A stretch of 64,000 nt of DNA from Thermodesulfobacteriota bacterium (GCA_041947025.1 JBHGBJ010000004.1:15837-79836); one strand, 5' to 3'. Numbered from the stretch's first letter, positions 46,489-57,278 are shown. Numbers and translations are program-made. The notes: generated from the letters alone by a model not told the origin.

Positions 46489-48950
46489 CTTTTCGCCAAA
46501 ATACCGAGAGGATGGACAGCCTTGTGAGAAAAGCCTTCCAGGAGGCCCACTCACAGATCCCATCCCCATCGGTGTGCCTTGTGGCCGTGGGTGGATATGG
46601 CAGGCTTGAACTGGCGCCTTCTTCGGATATCGATCTTCTTCTCCTCTACTCCTCGTCCCAAAAAGAAAAACTTCCCCCTCTGGTTGAAAAGATCCTCTAT
46701 CCACTCTGGGATTTAGGACTGGATGTCAGCTGCAGTTCCAGGTCCATCAACGAATGTCTGAAAATAGCAGAAGCGGACCTGAATGTGAAGACAAGCCTGA
46801 TCGATGCACGCTACCTGGACGGTGAATACGAGTTCTTCCGAAGGCTATACGGCCTCTTCACCAGAAAGGTCCTCCATCGGAAGGTTCGAAAATTTGCCTG
46901 CGCCTTGGCGAAAGACCTTTCTGGTCGCCACCACAAATATGAAGATCCGATCTATACCTTAGAGCCCAATACCAAGGAGGGAAGAGGGGGACTAAGGGAC
47001 TTTCAGGTCGGCCGCTGGATCATTCGGGCCAAATACAAGACAGACCGCTGGGACTCCATCCTCTTCCCCGACCGCTCCCGGATGCTGGAGAGAAGCCTTG
47101 AGTTTCTTTGGACCATTCGAAACCAACTTCATACTCTGAGCGGAAGAAAACAAGAAGACCTTTCTTTCGAATTTCAGGAAAAGATCGCCCCGCTGCTCGG
47201 TTTCTCAGCGGGGGCCAAAGGGATCGAAGAGATGATGAGGCAGTATCATCTCTCCACACAAAAGGTCTCAAACTTTGTCGATGATATCCTCGACCACGTC
47301 CTCCAGGAACCTTCGGCTTTGAAAAAATTCTTCCTCTCCTTCCGACGAAGAAAGATCGATCACATTTTCAGGATGGCTTACGGCGAAATCTATCTCCATG
47401 ACCCCGTGATCTTCAAAAAAGATCCAACGCAGTTGATGACCCTCTTTCAATACTGCCAGACTTACCGAGTCAAGATGGATTTTCGGATGGAGGAGGCGGT
47501 GTTGGAGGCACTTCCTTTCATGGATGATCGCTTCAGGCTTTCGGAGAAAGTCAATCAGACTTTTCTCTCCATTCTTGGGAAAGGAGAACGGGTTGAAGCG
47601 ATCTTGAGCAAAATGCATGAACTGGGACTCCTTTCTCGCTATATACCTGAATTCTCGGAGGTCGAGGGGAGAGTCCATTATGATCTCTATCATGTCCATC
47701 CGGTCGACATCCATTCTATTCTAACTGTGGGAGAGCTCCAAAAGCTAAGAGACGGCTGTTACCAAACCGACTGCGCCCTGCTCACTTCTCTGATCAGGGA
47801 GATCGAGAAACGTGAGATCCTCTTTCTGACGGCTCTTCTCCACGACATCGGAAAAGGAAGAGAAGGAGATCATTCCACGGTCGGAGCGGAAATCGCCAAA
47901 GACATTGGACATCGAATCGGACTTTCCAGTGAAGAAAAAGAGCTGATCGATTTCCTGATCACTCACCACCTCCTGATGATCGAAACCGCTTTCCGAAGAG
48001 ACCTTCATGATGAGCAGGCGATTCTCCTTTTTGCCAATCAGGTAAAGACACCCGATCGATTGAAGTTGCTCTACCTCTTAAGCTTTGCAGATATTAAGGC
48101 CGTAGGACCCGGGGCCTGGACGTCATGGAAACACACTCTTCTCCTGGAGCTCTTCTTGAAGACCTCTCACCTTTTGGAAAGAAAAGGGAATGGGGTGATG
48201 AGCCTTCAAAGAGATGAGATAACCGGAAGGTTGAAGGAAACCTTGGGCGAAAGGATTGCCTCTGAATACGCTGAGCACCTTCCGGATCGATACCTATCCT
48301 CCTATTCTTTGAAAGAAATTGCACATCACGTTGAGTTGGCCTCCCGTATTGAAAGAGAACTTCTGGTTGTAGAGTGGGAGATGGAGAAAGAGACTCAGGC
48401 CAAGGTGACCGTCTGTACAAAAGACCGTTACGGTCTTTTCTCCAAGATTGCGGGTTCGATGTTTGGGAACCGTCTGAATATCATGGAGGCACAAATTCAT
48501 ACGTGGGAAAATGGGATTGCCCTGGATACCTTTTGGGTGGAAGATTCAACAACGGATTTGGAACGGCACCTAAACCAATTTGAAAAGGATTTCATGGAAA
48601 TCCTGAGTGAAACGGTCTTATTCAAAGATCTTCTCTCGAGAGCAAAAGAATCCGACTCCGTTCATAAGAAAGTCGTGCCGAAGGTCCCGGCGGAGATCAG
48701 AGTCAACAATCAGGATTCCGACTTTTATACGATTGTTGAAATTGCCGGGGAGGATCGACTCGGCATCCTCTATGAACTAACACAGGCATTGACGGACCAT
48801 GGGTGTGATATTCATTTTGCAAGGATATCGACGTTAGGGAATCGTATTGTGGATGTCTTCTACATTCAGGATGCATGGGGCGAAAAGATAGAAGAGAAAC
48901 AGAAAGTTGAAAAGTTGAAAGAGACTCTGCTTCACCGATTAACGTCCTAA
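46407..48950 (+). CDS. glnD: [protein-PII] uridylyltransferase
   Basis: AVGGYGR.EL.P.SDIDL, KEGRGGLRD, HD domain LLHDIGKG and two ACT domains. Start uncertain. Confidence 0.95.
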   Translation: MGTHTIFFEPLLDTRNTLSSQKWNVSPSFRQNTERMDSLVRKAFQEAHSQIPSPSVCLVAVGGYGRLELAPSSDIDLLLLYSSSQKEKLPPLVEKILYPLWDLGLDVSCSSRSINECLKIAEADLNVKTSLIDARYLDGEYEFFRRLYGLFTRKVLHRKVRKFACALAKDLSGRHHKYEDPIYTLEPNTKEGRGGLRDFQVGRWIIRAKYKTDRWDSILFPDRSRMLERSLEFLWTIRNQLHTLSGRKQEDLSFEFQEKIAPLLGFSAGAKGIEEMMRQYHLSTQKVSNFVDDILDHVLQEPSALKKFFLSFRRRKIDHIFRMAYGEIYLHDPVIFKKDPTQLMTLFQYCQTYRVKMDFRMEEAVLEALPFMDDRFRLSEKVNQTFLSILGKGERVEAILSKMHELGLLSRYIPEFSEVEGRVHYDLYHVHPVDIHSILTVGELQKLRDGCYQTDCALLTSLIREIEKREILFLTALLHDIGKGREGDHSTVGAEIAKDIGHRIGLSSEEKELIDFLITHHLLMIETAFRRDLHDEQAILLFANQVKTPDRLKLLYLLSFADIKAVGPGAWTSWKHTLLLELFLKTSHLLERKGNGVMSLQRDEITGRLKETLGERIASEYAEHLPDRYLSSYSLKEIAHHVELASRIERELLVVEWEMEKETQAKVTVCTKDRYGLFSKIAGSMFGNRLNIMEAQIHTWENGIALDTFWVEDSTTDLERHLNQFEKDFMEILSETVLFKDLLSRAKESDSVHKKVVPKVPAEIRVNNQDSDFYTIVEIAGEDRLGILYELTQALTDHGCDIHFARISTLGNRIVDVFYIQDAWGEKIEEKQKVEKLKETLLHRLTS

Positions 48951-48983
48951 AGCGCCCCCTTTCAAGAGTCTCACGGATGATCG

Positions 48984-49012
48984 TTGACAGAACCTCCTGA
49001 AGGATGTACATT
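48984..49012 (+). promoter_or_regulatory. sigma-70 promoter upstream of gcvPB
   Basis: TTGACA-N17-TACATT. Confidence 0.5.
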
Positions 49013-49025
49013 TGATTGGTAAATA

Positions 49026-49062
49026 TCACCCTGACCCTGCTCTCTCCCCTGAAGGGAGAGGG
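49026..49062. repeat. REP-like hairpin
   Basis: TCACCCTGACCCTG-CTCTCTCCC-ctgaa-GGGAGAGGG. Confidence 0.55.
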
Positions 49063-49087
49063 TAAGGGGGAGACATGAGGAGAAATC

Positions 49088-50563
49088 GTGGACAAAATCA
49101 GAGATACCGGCCTTATTCAGGATGAACCTCTCCTATTCGAGCGAGGAAGGAAAGGGAGAAAAGCCTATTCCCTTCCTCGATGGGATGTTGAAGAGGCAGC
49201 GCCAAAGGAGCTCATCCCTTCTCATCTCCTGAGAGACGGGCTCAAAGGTTTTCCCGAGCTGAGCGAGGCGGAGGTGGTCCGCCACTTCACTCGACTCTCC
49301 CAGTGGAACTATGGTGTGGACAGCGGGCTTTACCCTTTGGGCTCGTGCACCATGAAATATAATCCCAAAGTAAACGAAGAGATCGCGAGGATGTTTTCCC
49401 GCATCCATCCCTATTCTCCTCAGAACCTCAGTCAGGGAATTCTCAAGCTGATGTTCGAATTGGAAGGTTTTCTTACAGAGATCACGGGGATGGATCGGAC
49501 CTCTCTTCAGCCAGCAGCAGGCGCCCACGGGGAATTGACCGGAATGCTGATGATCAAAGCCTGTCTCCGGAATCGGGGAGAAAGACGGACCAAGGTTCTG
49601 ATTCCAGACACAGCCCATGGCACGAACCCCTCCTCTTTGTCCATGGCTTCCTTTCAGGCGGTGGGAGTTCATTCGAATGAGAAAGGCGTGATCGATCCAA
49701 GAGAGGTGGCTTCGAAAATGGATGAAGAGGTTTCGGCCATCATGGTGACCAACCCGAACACCTTGGGCCTCTTCGAGGAACATCTTAAGGAGATCGCAGA
49801 AATCGTCCATGAAAAGGGAGGGTTCGTCTATTGCGACGGAGCCAATCTCAATGCCCTGATGGGGATTGTGAAATTAGGGGAACTGGGAGTGGATCTGGTC
49901 CACATCAACCTCCATAAGACCTTTTCCACCCCCCACGGAGGAGGCGGACCCGGTGCGGGCCCTCTCGCGGTCAAGAAGGAGCTTTCCCCTTTTCTCCCTG
50001 TCCCTGTTATCGAAAAGGAGGGAGCGACTTACCGGCTCAAAGAGGACCGTCCCCTCAGCATCGGCAAAATCAGGGCCTTCTATGGAAATGTCGGGGTTCT
50101 GATCAGGGCCTACGCCTATATTCTTTCCATGGGCGGAGAAGGATTGAAGAAGGCGTCCGAGATGGCCGTGCTCAATGCGAACTACCTGATGCAGCATTTG
50201 AAGGGATCCTATGACCTTCCTTATGACCGGCCTTGTCTGCATGAATGCGTCTTCACGGACAAGCTTCAAGAACGGTATCATATCGCAACCCTCGACATTG
50301 CCAAGAGGCTCATTGATTACGGTTTCCATCCGCCCACCATCTACTTTCCTCTCGTGGTCAAGGGAGCTTTGATGATCGAACCGACGGAATCGGAGAGCAA
50401 GGAAGGGCTCGACCGGTTCATTGAGACGATGGTCACCATCGCGGAAGAAGCGAAAGAAAATCCGGACCTTCTCCGGCAGGCGCCTCAGAGAGTGAAGATG
50501 AGAAGACTGGATGAGGTCTTAGCCGCCAGAAGGCCAAACTTGAGATGGAAGCCAAAGGAGTAA
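49088..50563 (+). CDS. gcvPB: glycine dehydrogenase (decarboxylating) subunit 2
   Basis: YPLGSCTMKYNP, QPAAGAHGE, HGTNP, PLP-lysine motif NLHKTFSTPHGGGGPG. Confidence 0.96.
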   Translation: MDKIRDTGLIQDEPLLFERGRKGRKAYSLPRWDVEEAAPKELIPSHLLRDGLKGFPELSEAEVVRHFTRLSQWNYGVDSGLYPLGSCTMKYNPKVNEEIARMFSRIHPYSPQNLSQGILKLMFELEGFLTEITGMDRTSLQPAAGAHGELTGMLMIKACLRNRGERRTKVLIPDTAHGTNPSSLSMASFQAVGVHSNEKGVIDPREVASKMDEEVSAIMVTNPNTLGLFEEHLKEIAEIVHEKGGFVYCDGANLNALMGIVKLGELGVDLVHINLHKTFSTPHGGGGPGAGPLAVKKELSPFLPVPVIEKEGATYRLKEDRPLSIGKIRAFYGNVGVLIRAYAYILSMGGEGLKKASEMAVLNANYLMQHLKGSYDLPYDRPCLHECVFTDKLQERYHIATLDIAKRLIDYGFHPPTIYFPLVVKGALMIEPTESESKEGLDRFIETMVTIAEEAKENPDLLRQAPQRVKMRRLDEVLAARRPNLRWKPKE

Positions 50564-50723
50564 TACCTTCCCGCAAACTGAGTCGAAAATACCGTTTTTT
50601 CCCTCTTAGAATACAGTCCTTCCCCTATTAATCGGCAATACCATTTGCGGTAGTTTAATTTTGTAGGGTCGCCGATTGCCCTCCCACGGGATAATACCGG
50701 TACGAATAGGTGATGCAACCGTT

Positions 50724-52313
50724 ATGAAAGATTGCCATCAAAGAAGCCTCAAGAAGATCATCCTCTTGGGTTCCCTGATCGTTATTCTATCGGGGTGCTT
50801 TAAAGGGGGACCGGATTTCACTCGACCCCGGGTGAGCGTTTCGCAAACCTGGCTGGACGCGGGTGACCAGCGAGTGAGAGCAGAGGCAGCGGACGATCGC
50901 GCCTGGTGGAAGGCCTTTCATGATCCTGTCCTCGACGGGCTCATCGACCGGGCCTACCGGGAGAATCTCTCTCTCAGGATTGCCGGCGTGCGGGTGCTGC
51001 AGGCCCGGGCACAGCTCGGAATCACTGCCGGCGAAATCTATCCTCAGACCCAGCGGGCCTTTGGTTCCGTGGAGTACAACCGGATAAGCCAGAGGGCACC
51101 TCAGGAGGTCTCCGGACAGAACCCGAAGTATTGGCAATCCGAGATCGGCCTTCAGGCCAGCTGGGAACTCGACTTCTGGGGGAAGTTCAGGAGGGCGATC
51201 GAGTCGGACAGCGCAGCCTGGCTTGCGACGGTTGCAGACTACGATAATGCCCTGGTGAGCCTTACGGCTGACGTTGCCCGCTCGTATATCGGGATCAGGA
51301 CCCTTGAGAGGCGCCTCTCCATCGCGCGCCAGAACGTACTCATTCAGCAGCAAAGCCTCGAAATCGCGGAGGCCAAGCTTCGGTTCGGCGCCACGTCGCA
51401 ACTGGACGTGGACCAGGCAAAGACGGTACTCCATAACACCCTGGCTTCCATTCCCGCCTTTGAGGCGGGGCTGCGGCAGGCAAAGAATACCCTGAGCGTC
51501 TTGTTGGGCGAACCGCCGTCCGATCTGAAGGACCTCCTGCCGGAGGCCATTGAAATTCCTGTCTCTCCCCCCTACGTGGTCGTGGGAATCCCTGCGGATC
51601 TCCTCCGCAGGAGGCCGGATATCCGGAGCGCCGAGCTCCAGGCAGAGACCCAGTGCAGTCTGATCGGAGTCGCTAAAGCCGCTCTCTATCCGGCCTTTTC
51701 CCTCAGCGGGATCTTCGGATTTCTTTCGAGTGATGTGGGAAATTTCAAACTCAGCGACATGTTCAAATGGAAGAGTCGCACGATCCAGACCGGCCCCTCT
51801 GTCCAATGGAATCTCTTCAACTACGGCCGGATCACGAACGATGTTCGGCTCCAGGATGCCCGGCTCCAGGAGTTGCTCATCGCGTATCAGAACACTGTCC
51901 TCACAGCTCAGCGCGAGGTAGAAGACAATCTAATCGCCTTTCTAAAAACACAAGACCGTGCCGAGTCTTTGGCTCAAAGCACGTCGGCTGCTCAGAGTTC
52001 TTTCGATCTTGCCCTCCTGCAATATCGGGAAGGCATCAAGGATTTTACCACTGTCTTGCTGGCCCAACAGACTCTTTTGACCCAGCAGGACAATCTGGCC
52101 ATCACCCTTGGCGACGTCTCGACCAACCTCGTGGGAGTCTATAAGGCATTGGGAGGCGGATGGGAGATACGGGAGGGGGAAGATCTGGTTCCTTCCGAGG
52201 TCAAGGGAGAGATGGCAAAAAGGACGAACTGGGGGAATCTGCTTGCGCCGGCAGCGTACAATCCGCCCGCTTCAGAGCAGCCCAGGTCCCTGATCCGGTC
52301 TCCCGACTGGTAA
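50724..52313 (+). CDS. RND efflux outer-membrane factor lipoprotein (NodT/OprM family)
   Basis: Lipobox LSGC, WELDFWG, PADLLRRRPDI and YKALGGGW. Confidence 0.93.
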   Translation: MKDCHQRSLKKIILLGSLIVILSGCFKGGPDFTRPRVSVSQTWLDAGDQRVRAEAADDRAWWKAFHDPVLDGLIDRAYRENLSLRIAGVRVLQARAQLGITAGEIYPQTQRAFGSVEYNRISQRAPQEVSGQNPKYWQSEIGLQASWELDFWGKFRRAIESDSAAWLATVADYDNALVSLTADVARSYIGIRTLERRLSIARQNVLIQQQSLEIAEAKLRFGATSQLDVDQAKTVLHNTLASIPAFEAGLRQAKNTLSVLLGEPPSDLKDLLPEAIEIPVSPPYVVVGIPADLLRRRPDIRSAELQAETQCSLIGVAKAALYPAFSLSGIFGFLSSDVGNFKLSDMFKWKSRTIQTGPSVQWNLFNYGRITNDVRLQDARLQELLIAYQNTVLTAQREVEDNLIAFLKTQDRAESLAQSTSAAQSSFDLALLQYREGIKDFTTVLLAQQTLLTQQDNLAITLGDVSTNLVGVYKALGGGWEIREGEDLVPSEVKGEMAKRTNWGNLLAPAAYNPPASEQPRSLIRSPDW

Positions 52314-52329
52314 CCTCCGGAGATAAATT

Positions 52330-53556
52330 ATGTCTTTTGAAGAAAGATGGATCCTCTGGCAGAAGTCGCTCCGAACTGGAATAGGAAAATATACGAAACG
52401 GACCTTGTCCTGTATGGTGTTCTGCCTCGTTCTTCTCGCCGCATGCAAAGAAAACCTCCCACCGCCTCCGCCTCCTCCAAAAGTAACCGTGGCCCAGCCC
52501 GTGCAGAAAGTCGTGACCGATTATCTGGAACTGAGCGGCAATACCCAGGCGGTCAAGACGGTGCAACTGGTCGCCCGTGTATCGGGGTATCTGGAAAAAG
52601 TCTTCTTTCAGGACGGGCAATTCGTCAAAGAGGGCCAATTGCTTTTTCTCATCCAGCAGAATACATACCGGGACAACCTGCGCCAGGCCGAGGCCTCCAT
52701 CCTGCAGCAGAAGGCCCTGCTCGATTATGCTGAAGTTCAATTGACCCGTTATTCCAATCTGCTGGATCAGAAGGCTGCCTCCCAGGCCGACGTTGACAAC
52801 TGGAGATATCAGAAGAATTCCGCCCAGGCCAGCCTGCAGTCGGCGGAAGCGCAGCGCGACCTGGCCAGACTCAATCTGAGTTATACCGAGCTCAGGGCCC
52901 CCTTCGACGGCAGGATCGATCGAAGGCTGAAAGACCCGGGGAATCTGGTCGGCTCAGGCGAGAACACGGTCCTCGCCCAGTTGAACCAGATCGATCCGAT
53001 CTATGTCTATTTCAACATCAGCGATCTCGATCTGGCCCGCCTGATGGAGGTCGCAGGGGCCGTTCCAGTTCAGGGAGCCGACAAGAGGCGGCCCGTTTCT
53101 ATCGGGCTGCCGAATGAGAAGGGCTACCCCCATCAGGGCCAACTCGACTTTGCCTCGATCAGCCTCACTTCCACGACCGGCACCCTCCTGATGCGGGGGA
53201 TCTTTCCGAACCCATCCGGAAAAATCCTGCCGGGTTTGTACGCTAGGATCCGCGTCCCTATCCAGAGGAAGACCGCTCTCCTCGTACCGGAGGTAGCCAT
53301 CGCGAACGACCAGCAGGGCGCCTACGTCCTGGTCGTCAACGACGGCAATCTTGTTGAACACCGCGGCGTCAAGACCGGCTCCCTGGTCGATCATCTGCGT
53401 GTGATCGAAGAAGGCCTTCAAGGTGCGGAGCGGGTCATCGTCAATGGTCTGCTCAGGGCTGTCCCCGGACGCCAGGTTACCCCCGAGCAGGAAAGGACCG
53501 CGCCCGCCAGCCCAGGCTCTCCTCAACCTACCCGAGAGGAGAAGGTGAAACCGTGA
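52330..53556 (+). CDS. RND efflux periplasmic adaptor subunit
   Basis: LAAC lipobox, ARVSGYL, APFDGRI and TTGT...R..FPN. Confidence 0.93.
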   Translation: MSFEERWILWQKSLRTGIGKYTKRTLSCMVFCLVLLAACKENLPPPPPPPKVTVAQPVQKVVTDYLELSGNTQAVKTVQLVARVSGYLEKVFFQDGQFVKEGQLLFLIQQNTYRDNLRQAEASILQQKALLDYAEVQLTRYSNLLDQKAASQADVDNWRYQKNSAQASLQSAEAQRDLARLNLSYTELRAPFDGRIDRRLKDPGNLVGSGENTVLAQLNQIDPIYVYFNISDLDLARLMEVAGAVPVQGADKRRPVSIGLPNEKGYPHQGQLDFASISLTSTTGTLLMRGIFPNPSGKILPGLYARIRVPIQRKTALLVPEVAIANDQQGAYVLVVNDGNLVEHRGVKTGSLVDHLRVIEEGLQGAERVIVNGLLRAVPGRQVTPEQERTAPASPGSPQPTREEKVKP

Positions 53557-56500
53557 TTTCCCGATTCTTCATCGAACGGCCCATCTTTGCCAACGTGATC
53601 GCCCTGGTCACAATCATCATCGGGCTGGTGTTCCTCTATCAATTGCCGGTGGCCCAGTATCCCCAGATCGTGCCACCGACCATCCAGGTGAGCTCCCGTT
53701 ACCCCGGGGCAAGCGCCGAAGTGGTGGCCGCAACGATCGGGGTGCCCATCGAGCAGGCGGTAAACGGCGTCGAAGGCTCTATCTACATGTCGTCCACGAG
53801 TGGAAGCGACGGTTCCTACGGCTTAACGATCACCTTCAACGTTGGCACCGACCTCAATACCTCTATGGCCCTCGTCCAGAACCTCGTCAACGGCGCCCTG
53901 GCGCAGCTTCCGGGCGGTGTCCAGCAGCAGGGCGTCACGGTCAGAAAGGTCTCTCCCAACATCTTGCTTGTGGTCAGCCTCTATTCCGACGATGAGCGAT
54001 TTGAAGAGATCTTTCTTTCCAATTATGCCGTGATCAACCTGCAGAACAGCCTGGCCCGCCTCCCCGGCGTCGGCCAGGTGAGGGTCTTCGGCGCGGGTCC
54101 TTACAGCATGAGGATCTGGCTCGATCCGAACAGGCTCCAGACCTTTGGCCTGACGACGACGGATGTCCTCAGCGCCATCCAAGCCCAGAATGTCCAGGTC
54201 GTGGCCGGACAGCTGGGGGCCCCGCCGGTGCCACAAAATCAACCCTCCCAGTTCACGATCAACACCCTGGGCCGGCTATCCGATGTGAGCCAGTTCCAAG
54301 ACATCATCATCAAGACCGCACCCGGCGAGGCCTCGCAGATCGTGCGATTGCGCGATGTTGCAAGAGTCGATTTAAGCCAGCAGAGCTTCAGCAATTTTTC
54401 GCGCTTCACCGGCCACCGGTCGGCTCAGATCGTCGTCTTTGCCTTACCGGATGCCAATGCCATCGCGGTTGCCGACCGGGTCTATCAGGCCATGGCTGAC
54501 ATGAGCAAGCAGTTCCCGGAGGGTCTGCAATATGCGATCCGCTACGATACGACGAAATTTGTCCGGGAGGCCATCTCCAGCGTCTATGAGACCCTGATCA
54601 TCGCAGCCATCCTCGTGCTCATTGTGATTCTCCTCTTCCTCCAAAACTTCCGGGCGATGCTCGTGCCGGCCACGACCGTCCCGGTCACCATCATCGGTGC
54701 TTTCATTGCGATGGCAGCCCTCGGTTTCACTGTAAACCTGATGACCTTGTTCGGATTGATCCTGGCGGTCGGCATTGTAGTGGACGACGCGATCATCATC
54801 GTAGAGAACAGCTCCTACTACATCGAGAGAGGACTGCCCCCCAAGGAGGCCACCATCAAAGCGATGCAGGAAATGACAGGGCCTGTGATGGGTATTACTC
54901 TGGCCCTGGTTTCTGTCTTTTTGCCAGCCGCTTTCTTGCCCGGCATCACCGGACAGATCTTCCGCCAATTCGCCCTTGTCATTGCTTCGACTACGGTGAT
55001 CAGCGCCATCAACGCCCTCACCCTGAAGCCGGTCCAGTGTGCTTTCTGGCTGAGGCCCCGCAAGGAAAAACCGCCCAACTGGTTTAACCGGGGATTCACC
55101 AGGATCTTTCAGGCCGTGACCGAAGGTTACCTAGGAATCGTCACCTGGATGGTGCAACGGCCGGTCCTCATGATTATCGTATTTGGATGCATCATCACTC
55201 CGTGCTTTTTGATGTTCTTGAACCGACCCACCGGCTTTCTCCCAACCGAAGACCAGGGATACGCCGTTCTGGTTTACCGCTTGCCGGAAGGCGCGTCACA
55301 GCCCCGGTCAGAAGAGGTGGCGAACAAGATCAATACCATCCTTAAAAAGACCGCCGGAGTCGAGTTCTGGGTCGTCATCGGTGGGCTTTCGATCCTGGAT
55401 GGGGCCAACGTCTCCAACATCTCAACGACCTTTGTCGTTTACAGACCCTGGAAGGAACGGGGCTCGGCTCTGAACCAGGACAGGATCGTCTCAAGCATCA
55501 ACCGCGAGCTTGCCGGTGTCCAGGAGGCGCAAGCTTTTGTGGTGATCCCACCGCCCATTCGGGGTCTGGGCCAGACAGGCGGCTTCCAGTTGATGGTGGA
55601 AGACCGAAGAAGGCTCGGTCTTGCCGAGCTTCAGCGGGCCGTAATGGAACTCGTCCAGGAGGGAAATTCTCAAACTGGTCTTCAGAACCTTGCCACCACA
55701 TTCAGCGTCTCCAGCCCCCAGCTCTACCTCGATATCGACAGGACCAAGGCGGAGTCGCTCCAGGTTCCACTGTCAAATGTATTCAACACCCTGCAGGCCT
55801 ACCTCGGCTCCTCCTTTGTCAACCTCTTTAACAAGTTCAACCAGGTGTTCCAGGTCTACATCCAGGCAGACAACCGCTACCGTTTGCAACCCAAAGACAT
55901 CAAGAATCTGTATGTCCGAAACCTGAAAGGGGAGATGGTTCCCCTGGGGTCCCTCCTCGATGTGAGGCAGATTCAGGGACCCGAACTGATCACCCGCTAC
56001 AACCTCTATCCGGCGGCAGCGATTTTCGGGTCCGCCGCTCCCGGATTCAGCTCAGGTCAGGCCATCCATCTGATGGAGCAGATGGCCAACCAGACCCTGC
56101 CCGAGGGCATCGGTTACGACTGGACATCCACGAGCTACCAGGAAAAGCAGGTGGGCAACCAGGCTTACTTCATCTACGCCCTTGCCATCTTTCTGGTTTA
56201 TATGGTGCTGGCCGCTCTCTATGAGAGCTGGACTTCTCCCGGGGCCGTGATGCTGGTTGTCCCTGTGGCTTTGGTAGGGGTCCTTCTCTCCCTGATCATC
56301 CGCGACTACGAGAACGATCTCTACACTCAGGTGGGTTTGATTCTGATGATTGCGCTGGCGAGCAAGAACGCCATTCTTATCGTGGAGTTTGCACGGGACC
56401 TGCACCGGGAAGGTATGCCCATAAAGGATGCGGCCATCGAGGCGACCCGTCGCCGATTCCGGCCTATCGTGATGACCTCTTTTGCCTTCATCATGGGAGT

Positions 56501-56669
56501 CGTTCCCCTTCTGATCGCCTTTGGTCCGGGGGCGTCCAGCCAGCGCGCCATCGGGACGGTCGTCTTTGGAGGAATGCTCTCTTCAACGCTCCTCGCCATC
56601 CCCTTTGTGGCGGTTTTCTACGTGGCCTTGCAGCGTATGAGTGAAAGGCTGAGGAAGGGCAAAACCTAA
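53553..56669 (+). CDS. RND efflux permease (HAE1, AcrB/MexF-like)
   Basis: FFIERPIFA, GIVVDDAI, KNAILIVEFA and RFRPIVMTS. Confidence 0.96.
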   Translation: MISRFFIERPIFANVIALVTIIIGLVFLYQLPVAQYPQIVPPTIQVSSRYPGASAEVVAATIGVPIEQAVNGVEGSIYMSSTSGSDGSYGLTITFNVGTDLNTSMALVQNLVNGALAQLPGGVQQQGVTVRKVSPNILLVVSLYSDDERFEEIFLSNYAVINLQNSLARLPGVGQVRVFGAGPYSMRIWLDPNRLQTFGLTTTDVLSAIQAQNVQVVAGQLGAPPVPQNQPSQFTINTLGRLSDVSQFQDIIIKTAPGEASQIVRLRDVARVDLSQQSFSNFSRFTGHRSAQIVVFALPDANAIAVADRVYQAMADMSKQFPEGLQYAIRYDTTKFVREAISSVYETLIIAAILVLIVILLFLQNFRAMLVPATTVPVTIIGAFIAMAALGFTVNLMTLFGLILAVGIVVDDAIIIVENSSYYIERGLPPKEATIKAMQEMTGPVMGITLALVSVFLPAAFLPGITGQIFRQFALVIASTTVISAINALTLKPVQCAFWLRPRKEKPPNWFNRGFTRIFQAVTEGYLGIVTWMVQRPVLMIIVFGCIITPCFLMFLNRPTGFLPTEDQGYAVLVYRLPEGASQPRSEEVANKINTILKKTAGVEFWVVIGGLSILDGANVSNISTTFVVYRPWKERGSALNQDRIVSSINRELAGVQEAQAFVVIPPPIRGLGQTGGFQLMVEDRRRLGLAELQRAVMELVQEGNSQTGLQNLATTFSVSSPQLYLDIDRTKAESLQVPLSNVFNTLQAYLGSSFVNLFNKFNQVFQVYIQADNRYRLQPKDIKNLYVRNLKGEMVPLGSLLDVRQIQGPELITRYNLYPAAAIFGSAAPGFSSGQAIHLMEQMANQTLPEGIGYDWTSTSYQEKQVGNQAYFIYALAIFLVYMVLAALYESWTSPGAVMLVVPVALVGVLLSLIIRDYENDLYTQVGLILMIALASKNAILIVEFARDLHREGMPIKDAAIEATRRRFRPIVMTSFAFIMGVVPLLIAFGPGASSQRAIGTVVFGGMLSSTLLAIPFVAVFYVALQRMSERLRKGKT

Positions 56670-57239
56670 GACGATACGTACTAAGAACTCCAAGAATACA
56701 GCCTCTCCCCCTCTTCAAATACGCGTTCCACCCTATTTATTTTCGGACTACTTTTGAGTCACAATGATAATAAAGGCAAGACCTCTGGCAAGAGAAACCA
56801 AAGGAAACCCGGATGAGAAGTGAGTTAATCAATAAGAACCTATCCTTTTATTACTGGCTCAGAGGACGGATCGGGAAAAGGACAGCCCTCAGGGTAGCAA
56901 GCACCGTTGAGAAGATGATCCTTTTCTTTGGAAGAGAACAGAGATGCACCGGGCGATGAAGACCCAACGGCTTGATGAGGTCTTAACCCTCAAAAAAAGA
57001 ATATTAAAGTGGAAACCAAAAGAATAACTTCCGTTCTTCCAATTCGACCTCTTCCTCCCTCCTGAAAATCCCGCTTCAATGCAATACGGATACGTCTTCG
57101 TTGCTCCAGAGGCTGATTTCCAACGCTTGCTACGCAAGTGATGCGGGATCAATTTCTCCTTCATTCCAATCGATTCCTTCACTGGCCTGCGTATCCTCCC
57201 GGTTCCTGTAGATCAACCGTCTCCTTCCAAGAAACTCTC

Positions 57240-57275
57240 TTGACAATATTAATTCTTATATTATAATGGTTCTAA
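57240..57275 (+). promoter_or_regulatory. consensus sigma-70 promoter with overlapping PerR/Fur-type box
   Basis: TTGACA-N16-TATAAT. TTATAATGGTTCTAA (57261-57275) differs at 2 positions from the Per box TTATAATNATTATAA. Confidence 0.78.
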
Positions 57276-57278
57276 TAT

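Noticed and set aside
50787-51806. 339-aa antisense ORF, and similar long shadow ORFs at 4542, 6003, 30380, 33948 and 49133
   Set aside because: Opposite-strand shadows of well-supported GC-rich genes, with no motifs.
56889-57182. 97-aa ORF between the RND operon and perR
   Set aside because: No recognisable motif; cannot be supported as a gene.
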